A stretch of DNA of 64,000 nt from Lingula anatina (taxonomy: Eukaryota; Animalia; Brachiopoda), in NCBI GenBank assembly GCA_051362555.1, contig CM120642.1, forward strand, positions 4,092,001 through 4,156,000. Reading direction: 5' to 3'. The position numbers and the translations under genes were made by a program. The notes below the pieces were generated by a model. The model made no database searches and was not told the DNA's origin. It was given only the letters and a program-made list of their open reading frames with translations. Positions within the stretch are counted from its first letter, which is position 1. Each line of letters opens with the position of its first letter. Positions 14,376 through 27,143 of this stretch are shown here, in pieces.

Positions 14376-14415
<40 letters not shown>
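14376..14415. repeat. (AAT)n microsatellite (others at ~26826-26868 and ~32459-32492)
   Basis: Direct reading. Confidence 0.95.
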
Positions 14416-14820
14416 GTCTAAAATCCACACATCTTCAACAGATTTAAGAATGTAAAATATATATATTTTATACAATCTTCTTTACTCCTCTGTAATAAAA
14501 GAAAGAATATCCCACATGAAACTTCTGATAGAATTTTGCCAACTTACACATATTTCATTCGGGACGTGCAGATAATTCCGTGCCTCATTGTCAACTGACT
14601 CACAACTAAGATAAAAAAACCAAAATGTTTGTAGCTTCAATACTCTCCCTATCTCTCAAATATGGATTGTTTCAAGTGGCGTAAAGCTGATCTATAACAA
14701 ATTCATTGACATTAGCATTTGCACAATTCTCGTGTTATCATTTTTGGAATTTATTTTGGATTCCATCTTTGATGTATTGCCATGTCCTCCCCATGGACTT
14801 GAAACGTGCCTCTATCCCTT

Positions 14821-15356
14821 TCATTTCTCTTCTGATTTGGCTGCATTGCTGCTCTCCTCCATTCCTTGTTTGTTCCTCTCAGATCTCTCACGGGTTTCTC
14901 TCATAAACATTTCTTCCAATGAAGGGGCTTGGATTGATAGAGGACGCCCACCCTGGGAAGTTCTGGCATGGCCAAATTGAAACATGAAGTTTGGAGGTTT
15001 GAAAAGAGGTAATCCGGCGTTTCCAACAGCCCACTGGGGTTGATTGCTCCTAAAACCACAGGAAGTGACGTTTTTGGATTCATCGTCAGGCGTGCTTTTG
15101 GTAGAGGCCAACGACCCAAATGGACGACGTGCATCCGGTGGCGCTTCGTCTTTCGGATTACCGGCGGCGTACGAATTTTCGATTTGTCTGCTCGCTGAGT
15201 GTTCAGATGCTGTGGACATCGTCGTGGTATGTCTTGGGTCAACTGTTCCACTGCCTAGCGCAAGTATGCTACTTGCGCAATCGGTAACTGCATCCCACAT
15301 TCTTTTCAGGGTTTCAGGGTTATCCATTATCCAATTCATGATGCGAATTACGCGCC
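14821..15356 (-). CDS. Candidate terminal exon of GBP-A (or an independent ORF of unknown function)
   Basis: GC-richer open frame GRVIRIMNWIMDNPETLKRMW...AAKSEEK*, preceded by a T-rich acceptor (tatgttataaag|gg). Its phase 1 matches the GBP-A donor at 20859. No recognisable domain. Confidence 0.45.
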
Positions 15357-17223
15357 CTTTATAACATATAAACGTACATAAGAATACCGTATGATAATTT
15401 TTGCAAGAGTTATTAAAATAATTTCGTTCATGATAATCAACTGCATTTGGCATATCGATATATAGTGGTCATTGCTAGCTTGTTTTTATCCAGTTTGAAG
15501 CAAAAATACGGATCAAAGCATGGAAATGTATGTATGGAAAAGAAAAGAGTGTGGGTGTGACGATTCCAAGTAATATCATTGGCCCTTATCAATACAGAAC
15601 TAATAACAAAACCCTGTCTGTTTAAAGGCCACGTGATTGAAGAGAAACGAGCAATAAGCCAATTATGGCATCGTTTTTAATCAGCAAGAAGGGAGATACT
15701 GCTCAAATATCATTTTAAAGGTGTTTTTTATTCCCACATGTTTACGTCATACACACGGACGTATAATTTACTCTTAAAGGATTGCAGAATGCATGTAGGT
15801 AAAAACAAAGCGATTTCAAAGGCTGTTTTTATATAAACATGTTAATATGCAATTGAAGAACACAGTGGTTGTGGACGTATCCGTCATGTTGAAACATAGT
15901 TGTAAGATTCTGGGAAATTTTGCAAGTTTTCATGAAAATTTGTGAGTGTGACACAATTAATCAAGTAGGCTATACTCCAGTAGATAGCAAACTTATTATT
16001 GCTGCAGTACTTTTTTGTTATTAGTTTGTCAACATTTGTAAGATATGGTGATAAATAACCGAGGAATCACATGCATTCGGTAAGATCCGAGTTTGGTGTC
16101 AGCACACGATATTTATACACCTTGCAGGATTTTTGAGTTAATGGATCTTTCGACTGAAGCTTGTTGATGGTAGACTTTTTATTAAACCCAACTATATAAA
16201 GCATGGAGTGAAATTTGTTGTTTAGATTGTTACGTCGTAGTTTTTACAACAAACCAGACTTATCGGCTTTGAATTAGGCATTTCCTGCTGTCACGTATTT
16301 GGCTCATATCTATGCCTACTTTCATTAGAATTTTAGTATTTTAGATAACAAAAATTATGGTGCTAAACACACATGTGCAACTATTTTTTTCACAACAGCC
16401 GTTTAGGTTGGTAAAATGACGATTTTCAAAATGGCAGACAAAAAGCCCTAACTAGCGTTTCAACACCGATAATCAAAGGACCCGTAGTTTGTTATATGCC
16501 CTTTCTCATGTTTTTAGGATTGTAAAATTATTTTTCTCATGTTAAGACTGTCATTGTCACATTTTAAATGGAGTTTGGTTATTGGTTATCTTATTGGTTA
16601 ATAGTTTACTGTCAAGCTTGACGAAAGAGCTAGATCTCAGTCAGTCAAAACGAGTGGTGATAAGATATTGATGAAATGCAAGTTGCCTTCTCGTCTCTCG
16701 CCGACGATCTCCCTCTGACGATATTTAAATTGCCTTCTCGTTTCACTCGGATCCATAAATATCTCCTTCTGACGATATTCTGCTGATGAAGTCACTAAAA
16801 CGAATATGAACATTACCTTTTGGTGTCGCTCTGAACGTTAACGATATTCCGCTGACGATAGGAAAATTGCCTCTTCATCTCGTTTGGATCGCCGTGCAAT
16901 GAAACCGTATGCGGTTTCCGTGCAATTTTTATGACATCGCAAGTGGCTACGGCTCCGGCAATAACCTTTACATAACCGGAACATGCTTTTGCCGTGCCTG
17001 AATTGTCGCTAATATGAGCTTAAGGATATGAAAGAAAAATTCGGTTTGTTGGCTGAAACTGATCATACCGAGTCCGTTCAGTTTCAGTGCAGTTGCTGCA
17101 CGCCTTCCGTGCGACTTTCTTGAAGATAAACACGATGTCGGCGCATATTCCTAGCATTTTAGCACCCATGTGGTGAGAATAAGGAAACACACAACTTAGA
17201 ATTTGTGCATGTGAATTAAAATA

Positions 17224-17575
17224 CACACACTGGACAATAGAAGTGTCACCCTAACTGAACCAATACCATGGGGGAGATAAATGACTGTGGAGTGATATGA
17301 TCCTGGTATCATTTTATTAACATCAAATTTCACAAAAAAATCACAAAATGAGAACAAAATATACATTCTACCAAAATATGCAGTTTCAAGTCTAAAATTA
17401 GGATTAGTGGCATAGCCACGTGACCTAATAATAGGTGCCAGTCTACGAGGCAAGGATTCATATAATTGTCTGATGCGTTCAGGGCTTATGCTGGCCCAAG
17501 CATGAAACACTGAATATAACAGAGTTTCTCTACTGGTTAGACGGGCATTTGTCAAAAGTTTTGACATATCATTCC
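17224..17575 (-). mobile_element. 3' fragment of the Tc1 family present full-length at 59599-60987
   Basis: Near-identical inverted copy of 60640-60987, including the TIR cacacactggacaa.agaagtgtcaccc and ESLPRRLAPIIRSRGYAT. Confidence 0.88.
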
Positions 17576-18459
17576 CGCTTTATGTTTTGGAGGTCATTCT
17601 GTTTTTTTCGGTAACATGTTAGGATGTATTCTTGTACTCTGCTGTGTTCTTCTGACAGGAAACACATTCAAAAGAGCTACAAATAAAGTATATCTGTCGG
17701 CTTTCTATTTTTCCTCAATAATTGACGGCCATATTGAAAAATGTTCAATGCATCGGAAGTAGCAATCAAGCTAATTTTACCTTTCTAGCCCTAAAGCATG
17801 CATTTCTGCAATAAAAATTCACGGGAAAGAAACATTGCAGGGTGGATATTCTGTATTGTGTAATATGACCCAGTGACGTCATCGTTTTTAAAATATATTT
17901 ATGATATCTTAATTAGCGCTCGTCTTGGTGAAATATGAACGCACATAAAATACTAAGAAAGCATATTAAAGAAAGCTGCTCATCCGGGTTCTTGTGAATT
18001 TGGGAGTTGCCCCCCCCCCCCCCCCCCCAATCCAAAATTGAAAAAAAAAAAAAACACTCAATTGTCATTTATTGTGGAAAGTTTCATGCTTTTATCCACT
18101 TTTGCACAATTCTGGATATAATTTGGACCTAGCCGCCTGACTATACATATATAGGATGGATCTCAATGTCAACTCACAAAACGTTGAATCTTATTTATAA
18201 GAAAACGTGGAAAAGTTGCATAAGAAGGAGGCAACCATTAAATAGTTTATTGTGACAATCATTCAACACATGAGACGAGGCTGCCACTGCCACTCGACAT
18301 TCGACAATGTTGACACAATGATCTTTACTCCAAATACTAATATACCACTTTTGAAATATTGAGAATCAATACGTGTCAGGTTTCAAAAATAAATGACAAA
18401 CTATGAAGAAACTTAAATGGATAAAGAAAAAAAAAACATTTAGCTGCATTCAAATGAAC

Positions 18460-19065
18460 GTTTACAAAGCTGTTAAGTGGTCAATCCAACTGTATTTTAT
18501 TATAACATCTCTGGACATGTGTTGACAAAGGTACATGAAGTAAGGGATTTAGGAGCTACCATTAACAGCGAGCTGACTTCTAATTCACATATAAATAACA
18601 CTGTTAAGTGTGCAAATCAGACATGGGCAACTATTAGGAGTGTGTCTGACAGAAATAGGAACCCAAGGTTAATGCAGCCTCTTTTTGATTCTTTAGTACG
18701 TTCAAAGCTTGTGTTTAATTCTGTATCTTGGGATCACATAACAAAAGAAAACTTAATAAAATTAGAAAGGGTGCAGCGATCTGCCACAAGACATTCTGGT
18801 TAACCAGATGAATTATAAAGACAGACTGATTGCTTTAAACATACTGCCTTTAGCTAATAGAAGAGAAATTTTAGACGTTGCCTTCTTGCATAGTTGTTTT
18901 ATTGGCATGCCTGACCCTAATCATACGAAGTATTTGTATTTTAGAGAAGGAAGGGGAGATCACCTTATCATCCATAGTGCCAACTTCTGTAGAACCGAAA
19001 CGTTTTGCCGGTCTCGGTCTTATTTTAATCGTGTTGTTCCCATCTGGAACGCCCTTCCCATTTGC
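18460..19065 (+). mobile_element. CR1/L2-group LINE ORF2 3' fragment
   Basis: VRDLG, SLVRSKL, LERVQRSATR, YKDRLIALNILPLANRR, YFNRVVPIWNALP. Confidence 0.8.
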
Positions 19066-19649
19066 ACGTTATTGTTAATCGAAGTTGCCCAAAATTTACT
19101 GTATGGGACGCCCGCATGTGCGCTTAACTGTTTGTCATGTACACCATTTAGACATATATTTGACACGACTGTTTGAGTCCAAGGGCACTTGGATCGATCA
19201 AATCCGGACTGTGCCCACTGCTTGTTTACCCGCGTAATGAAACAAGCCAATAATGCACTGGAACAAACTTCAGTGCAAGCGCACTGTTACCTATAAGATG
19301 AGACGAGACTGAAAATCAAAACAGACATGATTTTCAAAAGCAAAATGATGTCATAAAAATTTAAATACACAAGGAAAATAAATAAGACTAAAAAAAAAAA
19401 AAAAAAAAAAAGACAGACAGACAAACAAACAATCAACACGTCAATCCACACGCCGATAGTAACTGTCGTGTTGATTCCTTACTACTGGTGTCCATTCATG
19501 GGTCATTGATTCTTTAGGCAAACCACTTTGGGCACAATTTTATTTTTACATTATTTTAATGTGATGTCGTACTATTATTTGTAGGTTGTGCAGTGGTTCC
19601 AATGCCGCATAATACAAAGGCTCCTGCCTGTTAAATCATATTAAAAAAC

Positions 19650-20166
19650 TATAGGGCTTGAGAATAATGACGTCTGTTCTCTTTGTGGTATTGCCAAGGA
19701 AGACGTTTCGCATACTTTCTTTCACTGCGCGTATACTTATTAAGAATATCTGGGAAGAACTGAAATCTTGCATCTTTAACAGAACGAATAAAAACATTAC
19801 CTTTAATGGAAAATGTATCCTTTTCGGCTATCCAACAAACCCCAACAGCCCAATTCATTTTATTATTCTTTGTACGAAATTTTATATTTACAAAAGTTTC
19901 AAAAAGAAGAATGCATGCGTCTTTCTTCACACACCAATTTTCAATAGAAAGATTCAATGTATTAAAAAAGGTATTTTTAACAAACTTTAAAAAAATGGGA
20001 AAATTGGTCAAACATGTTTGAATTTAATTAGTATGCACCTGTTTCAGCAAAATAATATATTGCGCTTTTTTTTCTTGTTTCCTCATCTATGGTATGTTTA
20101 GTCGAATACATTGTGGTACCGATCTTTTTTTTTGCCTGTTGTTCATGAGACTATGAACGTATATTC

Positions 20167-20199
<33 letters not shown>

Positions 20200-20364
20200 T
20201 GTGTGACAGAGTGAGTGCATTTACTAAACGTATTAATATGTACTTTCCTGGACTGAAATATATCAATAACAAATTATTTGTAGATTTATTTATTCTGCTC
20301 TTTTAAAGTTCTTGTATATAATCTTGTACTCAATAAATCATTAAAAAAAAAAAAAAAAAAAAAA
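19650..20364 (+). mobile_element. L1/Tx1-like LINE 3' fragment with poly(A) tail
   Basis: CSLC...EDVSHTFFHC, IWEELK, ILFG, IILCTKFYIYK; AATAAA at ~20332 followed by an A-tract. Confidence 0.65.
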
Positions 20365-20858
20365 TCAAATCAAGTTTTGCGCGCGGCCATTTTGGTAGTT
20401 CAGGTAACTTCACAGAGTACTCAGTGAAATCGATACATGAACATTCCTTTGGTGTGTGTAAAATGCAACTAAAGCATATACTATATCGTCAATTTTCTTA
20501 GTATAATACTCAACAGGCCATTATATAAACATATGTTAATATTACCTATAACTAGGCGTCTGTTTCCCGCCACTTTATCATAGAGTGAATTTGACCCTTT
20601 TTTAAAACGAGACAAGATCTACTAATTTTCTAAATAACCACCTTTTGGTCCGGTTGTGCAGAGCCTGACAGATGACCAACGTCGCTTTGGCATTATGCCG
20701 TACCCTTTGCCCCGCCCGTTAACACACATCGGGTAAAATACCTCCATCCGTTTCTTTTCCATACTCAAACTTCCATGGATCAAAGTTACTTCAACTATTC
20801 ATTTTCAGATTCAAGGGCAGTAGTGGTTGCAGCAAGGAGAGAAATGGCAAACACTCAC

Positions 20859-23800
20859 CTTCAGCTTCATCAGACCCTCTCTTGTCCAAAGTGGACTTCA
20901 AGGTGGAAATCGTTTCCTCCAGGTAGTTTTTTGTTTTATCGTGCTCTTCTTTTAGGTCCTGTATTGAGTTTTTTAAAAGCTGGGCTTGGGTCTTCAATCC
21001 AATCTTCATAAGCTCTTCGTGCTCTGCTTGCCTCTTTGCATGTAAACTTTCGTAACCGGCTACAATTCCTTGCAGCTTCTTCTCAAACTCGTCTTTAAGC
21101 ATGGTCATATTGTTCTGCATGGTGAGATCAACATCTACTAGTTGTTGTGTCAACATTTCTATTTTGCGGTTCCCTTTGGCAGCTTCAGCAGCTTGTCTTT
21201 TGGCTTCTTCTTGTAGTGCAGCATTTTCCCTGTCTATTTTAGTCATTGCCTAAATAAATTATTTACATTATTATTTACAAGTATATACATGTGTATACAT
21301 GAATTTAGCAATAATAATTGTTTCTTTCACCTTCACTGTATTACACAAGGTGCGTTTTCTTAAGTATATTTTTCAAACGTCGTAAACTAGCAAGTATTAG
21401 TGGACCATATCGGGTTATGAACTTTCTTCTTTCCGCTCTACAGAGACGTGACAATTACTACCGAGAATAGACGGGGTCTAATCTTGCCTTGTCTCCAGCC
21501 AAAATGGCCTCCCTTTGATCTTGTTTGCCGGCAAGGAATTTTTCCAACATCTCCTCCGCTGCTGGGCCCTTTCCTTTAGATTTTTTAAACTTCGTCACAA
21601 TGGTGTCTATCTCTTCCTTATATTTCTCATACCCGCCAGGGACGCCGAAGGCTGCCTCGTCTAGCTTTGGCTTCAGTGACTCCTGTACAAGGGCTTTTAA
21701 AAGGACGTCGCACTTTTGGGCAGATGCCTGCCAATTTCTTTCTGTGAAGACTCGATAGCAGTTGTTCAGTGTTGCCTACAATTGTTAAACAGTAGATGAA
21801 TTCATTGCATTTCAACAGATTATGGGGAAAATGCTTTTTTTATGCATGTGACCCTTGGGTGAACGAGGGAACGAAGCGATGGAAGGCAACCGTTAATTAT
21901 TACCGAACTGTCACCACCATCTATCGGTGCTTATGACACAAGACGAAAGCAAGCTTTTAGAGAGAAACGGTTAACAGAGGGTAAATTCGGCGAAATTTCG
22001 TGATAAATATTGAAGATTCAAGTGCCAGTGGAGGGCCTTTCCATTGGATCTCACCTGCAGTTTCTGCGCATACTGGCCTTCAGAGTCGAGCATGGCATTT
22101 GCGTAGTACAGCTTCACAGCGGAGTCTAATGCTGATATATGTTTCTCAGAGAGAACCCCAATGTCAACCGGCAGAGCCTTTCCCAAGGCGTTGTCCATCT
22201 CTCCCATGTATGCATCCGAGGCCAGGTCAATCGCCAGTTCACATTCCTTTCTTCCCATCACGGTCACTGCGCTCTGGACACATGGCACTGCCCCGTCATT
22301 GATGGCGCCTACATAGGACTGGGCTAACTGAAGTAATCCTATGGCAAAAAGGAAATATAATGTACAATGAGAAATAGGTTAACCAAAATAAATTTTAATA
22401 TAGTAGCACATGCCGATGACTTGAGAATGTGTGCACTTGTGTAATGTTCATGAAATAAATATATATGCAGATGCATTTAGCTACATGATTATCATTTTCA
22501 TCTCTATACATAATTCATATACAGTGTACTTGTTAATCTATGCATTTTTATAGTAATTACTTTCACCAAGGAGTTTATGTTCTCTTTTTACATTTACAAT
22601 AATAAAGGCACGTACCCCTGCCCCTTATATCGCAACCACCAGCTTTCATCTGCATATTCTGCCTCAAAATCCAGTTTTTGAAGTCTTCTGACTGCTGGAT
22701 AAACTGGGGCTTTAGGTCTTCAGTATTCAGCGTGTCCAAGGTTTTTAACTTGGAATCCTCTTCAACAGGTCTGCACAGTGTAAAGCACTTCCTGCCTCTG
22801 AAAAACGAACCGATGCATTCTCTCGGAAAATTATTGTCACGGACGTTTTGACTGTGTCCTGGTTTGAGCTGCAGCGCCCTCTCGAGATATTCATCTGCTG
22901 TGCAAGGTTTACCATCAAGCTGAAGTTCTAGTGCGAAGTCACGGACTGCCCAAACAAAGAAGGGGAAAGAACTGTCGAAGTTTTCGCCGCTTTCTTCCTC
23001 TGCTGTGTCCTGCAGCTTGATATACTTCGTCAGTGATGTAATGAAACCAAAAAGTTGAGGAAAGTGGCTCTGAGTCATATTTCACTTTTATAGAGAACAA
23101 AAAAGTGAGATGTTGATTTAGAATACGGATAATATTAAATACTACCGACCAGATAAGTATATTTAGAAATGTTACCGAGTATAAAATAAAATAATTTCTT
23201 TTTCATGAATGACCACAAAGCTCTCTGAAAAATGCAACTGAAAAGTTCAAAACAAATTTTGTCTAGCCATACAAAGTTATCCTTTTTATAAATCATGAAC
23301 GAAGACAATTATGTAAAAGATACTGAAGACTTCTTATGGCGTCATCACATATTGTTCCCATACTGTTATACACCAAGCAACTTGACAAAAGCACCGCTAA
23401 CGCAAATATCTGGTTGTCATGATTTTTATCGCCTTTTTCAGGGTCAGACAATCCTTCCGTGTCCAAAAGCACCAACCCTTGCTTTGCATCTAGTGGGTGT
23501 GGGCGGTACCATAACCAGATTCCCTTGGTTTTGGACTGGATCGTGCACCCTAAGGCAAAGCCATTGCTCTCGCCGAACAGTAAGTTCATCAAGTAGGACT
23601 TTCCTGTACGATACTTTCCTGTAATACCAATCACGCTCACAGGGGCATCGATATTTTGAAGAACTGCTATTGCATCTTCGCCGACTTCAAGCTTCCCATT
23701 TTCTGATGTCCCAATAAATAATACTGGCTTATCCATTGCTTCGGGTTCCTGGTGAAGAATTATAAATGATAACTGTTTTAACCAACGTTTGATTATTCCT

Positions 23801-26800
23801 ACATGTATCTTTGCTTGCATAATGACAGCTATTTTCATATATAGGCGTCCATGCTGTATAGTTAACATATGTCGTAATTAAATGAACGATCAAGGTAGTT
23901 CATTAACTGTCAACTTGTTTGTTTTTTTTTTTCGTTGAAGGATTGTTGGAAATAATTATTAATGCCACACTAAACGAGTGAACTTAAATAAATGACTTAT
24001 TGTTTCCAAAATAATTATTTTCTGACAATAGGGGACGCTGTTTGCCTGTAAGACGTTATCATTCGGTAAAACGTTGCAAGTCACCTTTGCTCCGAAGGAC
24101 ATTGCCTTAATATAAATGGTATGTTAACACAAAGTAGCACAGGCTGACTGCTGTGCGTTATTTGGTTAATACAACATACAAAGTTACTGATTTCTCAAGT
24201 CAATTGACACTTGCCGTTAGTTTATTGCACTGAGTACTAAGTTCATTTGGTGACATTTTCCCCATCATCATATAAGTGCACATCAAATATAAATTTGTTT
24301 CTCGACATTAAAAATTGTGCTTCGAGTTACTACCCTCAAAATTAATCTTCATTTTGCATCTAATGTTTCACATTACTGAGCCTCTTTTTCTTTTGTTTTT
24401 CTTTTTCATAAATCCACAGTAAATTACGTGTATACCAGCAGCTTTTAATTTTATTTCATTGTCTTGTACCTTTACCACATAAGATTGCATGCAACTATGT
24501 TTGGTGAATCTATAGGAACATTACAGGTAGAAGTTGGAATTAGCCTATCTCTATATGGAGTCATCACCCTGGTTCGTTATGTAAAATAGCATCTGGATTT
24601 GTACCTCCAAACAACAACGCTGGCCATGAATCGAATATATGCACCACCAATGGTAATCATTCCAGCAGGCATAGTCGCGTTGGATCAACGTTGAAAACAG
24701 TTTGATACGTTGAATTGCCGTTGATCTACCTAAATTCAACATAAAATCAACGTTGATCCAGCCACGTCAAAACACCGTCATAATGTGACGTTGACTCAAC
24801 GTTGTGTTTTGGTCATCGTTGTATTTTGGTCATTGACACAACCTTGCAGTTATGGATTGTAATTTGAAATTATTGAAAACGTGATACTTTGTTTATCAAT
24901 ACTAAAACTAAATTGATCAAAATAATAACAAAAGGGTTTTAAAGTAAAAGTGACAGTTGTTTTGTGTCTTTAGTGAACTAGTGAATTTTCTTAACTTGTT
25001 ATTCAGAAATACATTCCAATAAACTGAATTCCTTGCAAGGTCAGCTAACACTAGGATGAATAAGTAGCTGTAAGTGTGATGGAGTGAAGTCAATAAAGTT
25101 GACTGTTCTTGGTAACCTGTTATAGATAGACAGGTTGAGGTGACTTTGTTATATATATAAGAAAATAACTATATATTAATCTAAACCTTGGGAATTTTAA
25201 CTTAAAGGCGCTATATTTATACCCAACATATATTTAGCCATCAAACATGTCCTTCTGCTAAACACATCCAGGCTAAAAGGGTGCACCATGCTTGGGTGCA
25301 AAACATGCTTAGGAGCTAAATGCGTTGAAAATTTCAGACAAAGCAGGCACTTGGATGTTTTTACAGTGTACGTTATAATTTGTGTACGTTGTAATTTCCG
25401 CCGAGTGGGGTTGATAAAACATTGTTTTCTGACGTTGATACAATGTTGTTATCTGAGGTTGACACAACTTTCAAATGCAATGTTTATCCAATGTCTTATC
25501 AACGTTATGGTTCAACGTTGTTTCAACGTTATGCTGTGTTTTGTCTGTACAACTGTACAGACAAAACACATATTTTCAAAAAAATATATCACCTCATGTT
25601 CAGTATATTTATTTGTATGATAGTAGAGATAATTAAGTACAGCATCAGTAAATTAAAACAAAACATCACGTACATCACGATTAGATAGAGGTGTTTATTG
25701 CATACATAGATTTCTCACCTAAAGGTTCACTGCTTTTGGTTTCTTAAAACAAGAGTATTAAGAAATCGACGTTTTTAAAATTTTAGACTGTGTGTGCGTG
25801 TGTGTTGGAGTTTGAACACAGTGTCCATCAGTAGACACTGATGAGGATTAAGGGCCCATCCCCATTAAAACTATTAGTCTACATAAATTTAATCATCTCT
25901 GTGGGGACTCTCACTGAATATAATCAGATTAAGAGCTCCAACCACCTGCTCCTGGCATTGGGTAGAATAGCAGGTTATATAGTGATTATACACCCATGTC
26001 GGGATCCATTGTTAATGCTCTCATTCAAGGCGTTTTATATTACTATGTGCCATTAATGTATTTTGCTTTGTAACAGTTAAATAATTAAGCCAAATGTGTC
26101 TTCAGCATAGATATATACACATGTAATTAGTTTACAAGTCAAGTTATAGACGCTTTTGTATTGGATCAAAGAAGGATATTAGATAAATAAGAGGCCATAT
26201 GATTGATAATCCCCTCCAACGTGCTACAAATTCCTTTTTAGTCCATCTAAGTCTCTTTCACTTCAGGGTAATGTTAAAACATCCCTAAAAGAAAAAAACT
26301 CTCTCATCTCGATCTTCTCTCCAATCCTAACATACTGTTCAGAAATATGGGGACACTCTGTGTCAACTGAAAACTGCCATACATAACCTTCATATATAAC
26401 GGGCGAATAAAGAGACTGGATTCATGGCGTGCTGACATTTTCTACTGATAACTATACTCAGAACGTTGTATTGCATTGTTTTATACATAGGCTCTGTCTT
26501 TAATGCATTAAAATGGACTACTGCCCCAGGAATAGTTATTCAGGCAGACAGCATTGGGTTCAAGACCTAATTGACCCCTATCAAAACAGACAATCGTGTC
26601 AATCGATGGCCGTCTGTGTTTGCCCCTTAACCACAATGGAAATTTGTGGAATGATAGTATTGGTTAAAATAAAAAAATATTGGATAAAACTTAAAAGCAC
26701 ATTGTTTGAATGAGCTGACTCATTCCCAGCTACTATATACCCATGTAGTGGGTCTAGTCAGATATCATGCAGTACAATCAATAATTGATAGAGAGGCAAG

Positions 26801-26825
26801 GTGTGACTCATGATAATTCAGTTAA

Positions 26826-26869
<44 letters not shown>

Positions 26870-27067
26870 ATTTTTCAGTCATTATATAATAAACCAGTTA
26901 AAAGCATAACAATTTGTTGTTCTACAAGAACAGAGAAGTTCTAAATATTCCACGGCAGTCAAGTCACACTGAGTCGATATCCCACCGCAAGAACAAACAT
27001 TAAGTGAAATCATGATTGAAATACAGTTATCTGATGGATTATTTACCTGTGGTTTGCTGTCTGCCAT
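20859..27067 (-). CDS. GBP: Guanylate-binding protein paralog A (multi-exon; 3' end uncertain)
   Basis: Motifs: G1 GKYRTGKS, G2 TIQSKTKG, G3 DTEG, G4 AVRD, then helical and coiled-coil domains. Proposed exons: 27067-27047 (aaaATGG, MADSKPQ|gtaaat, phase 0, less certain), 23748-23324, ~23046-22616, 22338-22055, 21775-21488, 21249-20859 (phase-1 GTGAGT donor). The frame stays open across all junctions. Confidence 0.9.
23047..23323 (-). other. U12-like intron in GBP-A with uncertain, non-canonical 3' end
   Basis: 5' site GTATCTTTT, branch-like TTTCCTCAAC at 23063-23054, and no AG between the branch site and the conserved exon sequence. Confidence 0.7.
24900..25368 (+). mobile_element. Partial copy of the right end of the 9453-10878 element
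   Basis: Aligns to ~10390-10878 (ttttaaagtaaaagtga, gcaaggtcagctaacac) and ends ttttacagtg. Confidence 0.65.
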
Positions 27068-27130
27068 TTTATCTCAGGTGGGTGTGCTCTCTTCTAATGC
27101 CGTGAAGTCTCACAGTTACATGTACTTGCT

Positions 27131-27143
27131 AGTTTCACTTTTG
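27131..27143 (-). promoter_or_regulatory. IRF-binding/ISRE-like element upstream of the GBP-A first coding exon
   Basis: AGTTTCACTTTTG (reverse complement CAAAAGTGAAACT) lies about 65 bp upstream of ATG 27067 and matches the IRF-E consensus. Confidence 0.4.

Noticed and set aside
26600-26670. CLPLNHNGNLWND resembling a C-type lectin WND motif
   Set aside because: The context and the duplicate copy fit a decayed Tc1 WPxxSPDLNPIENxW motif better.
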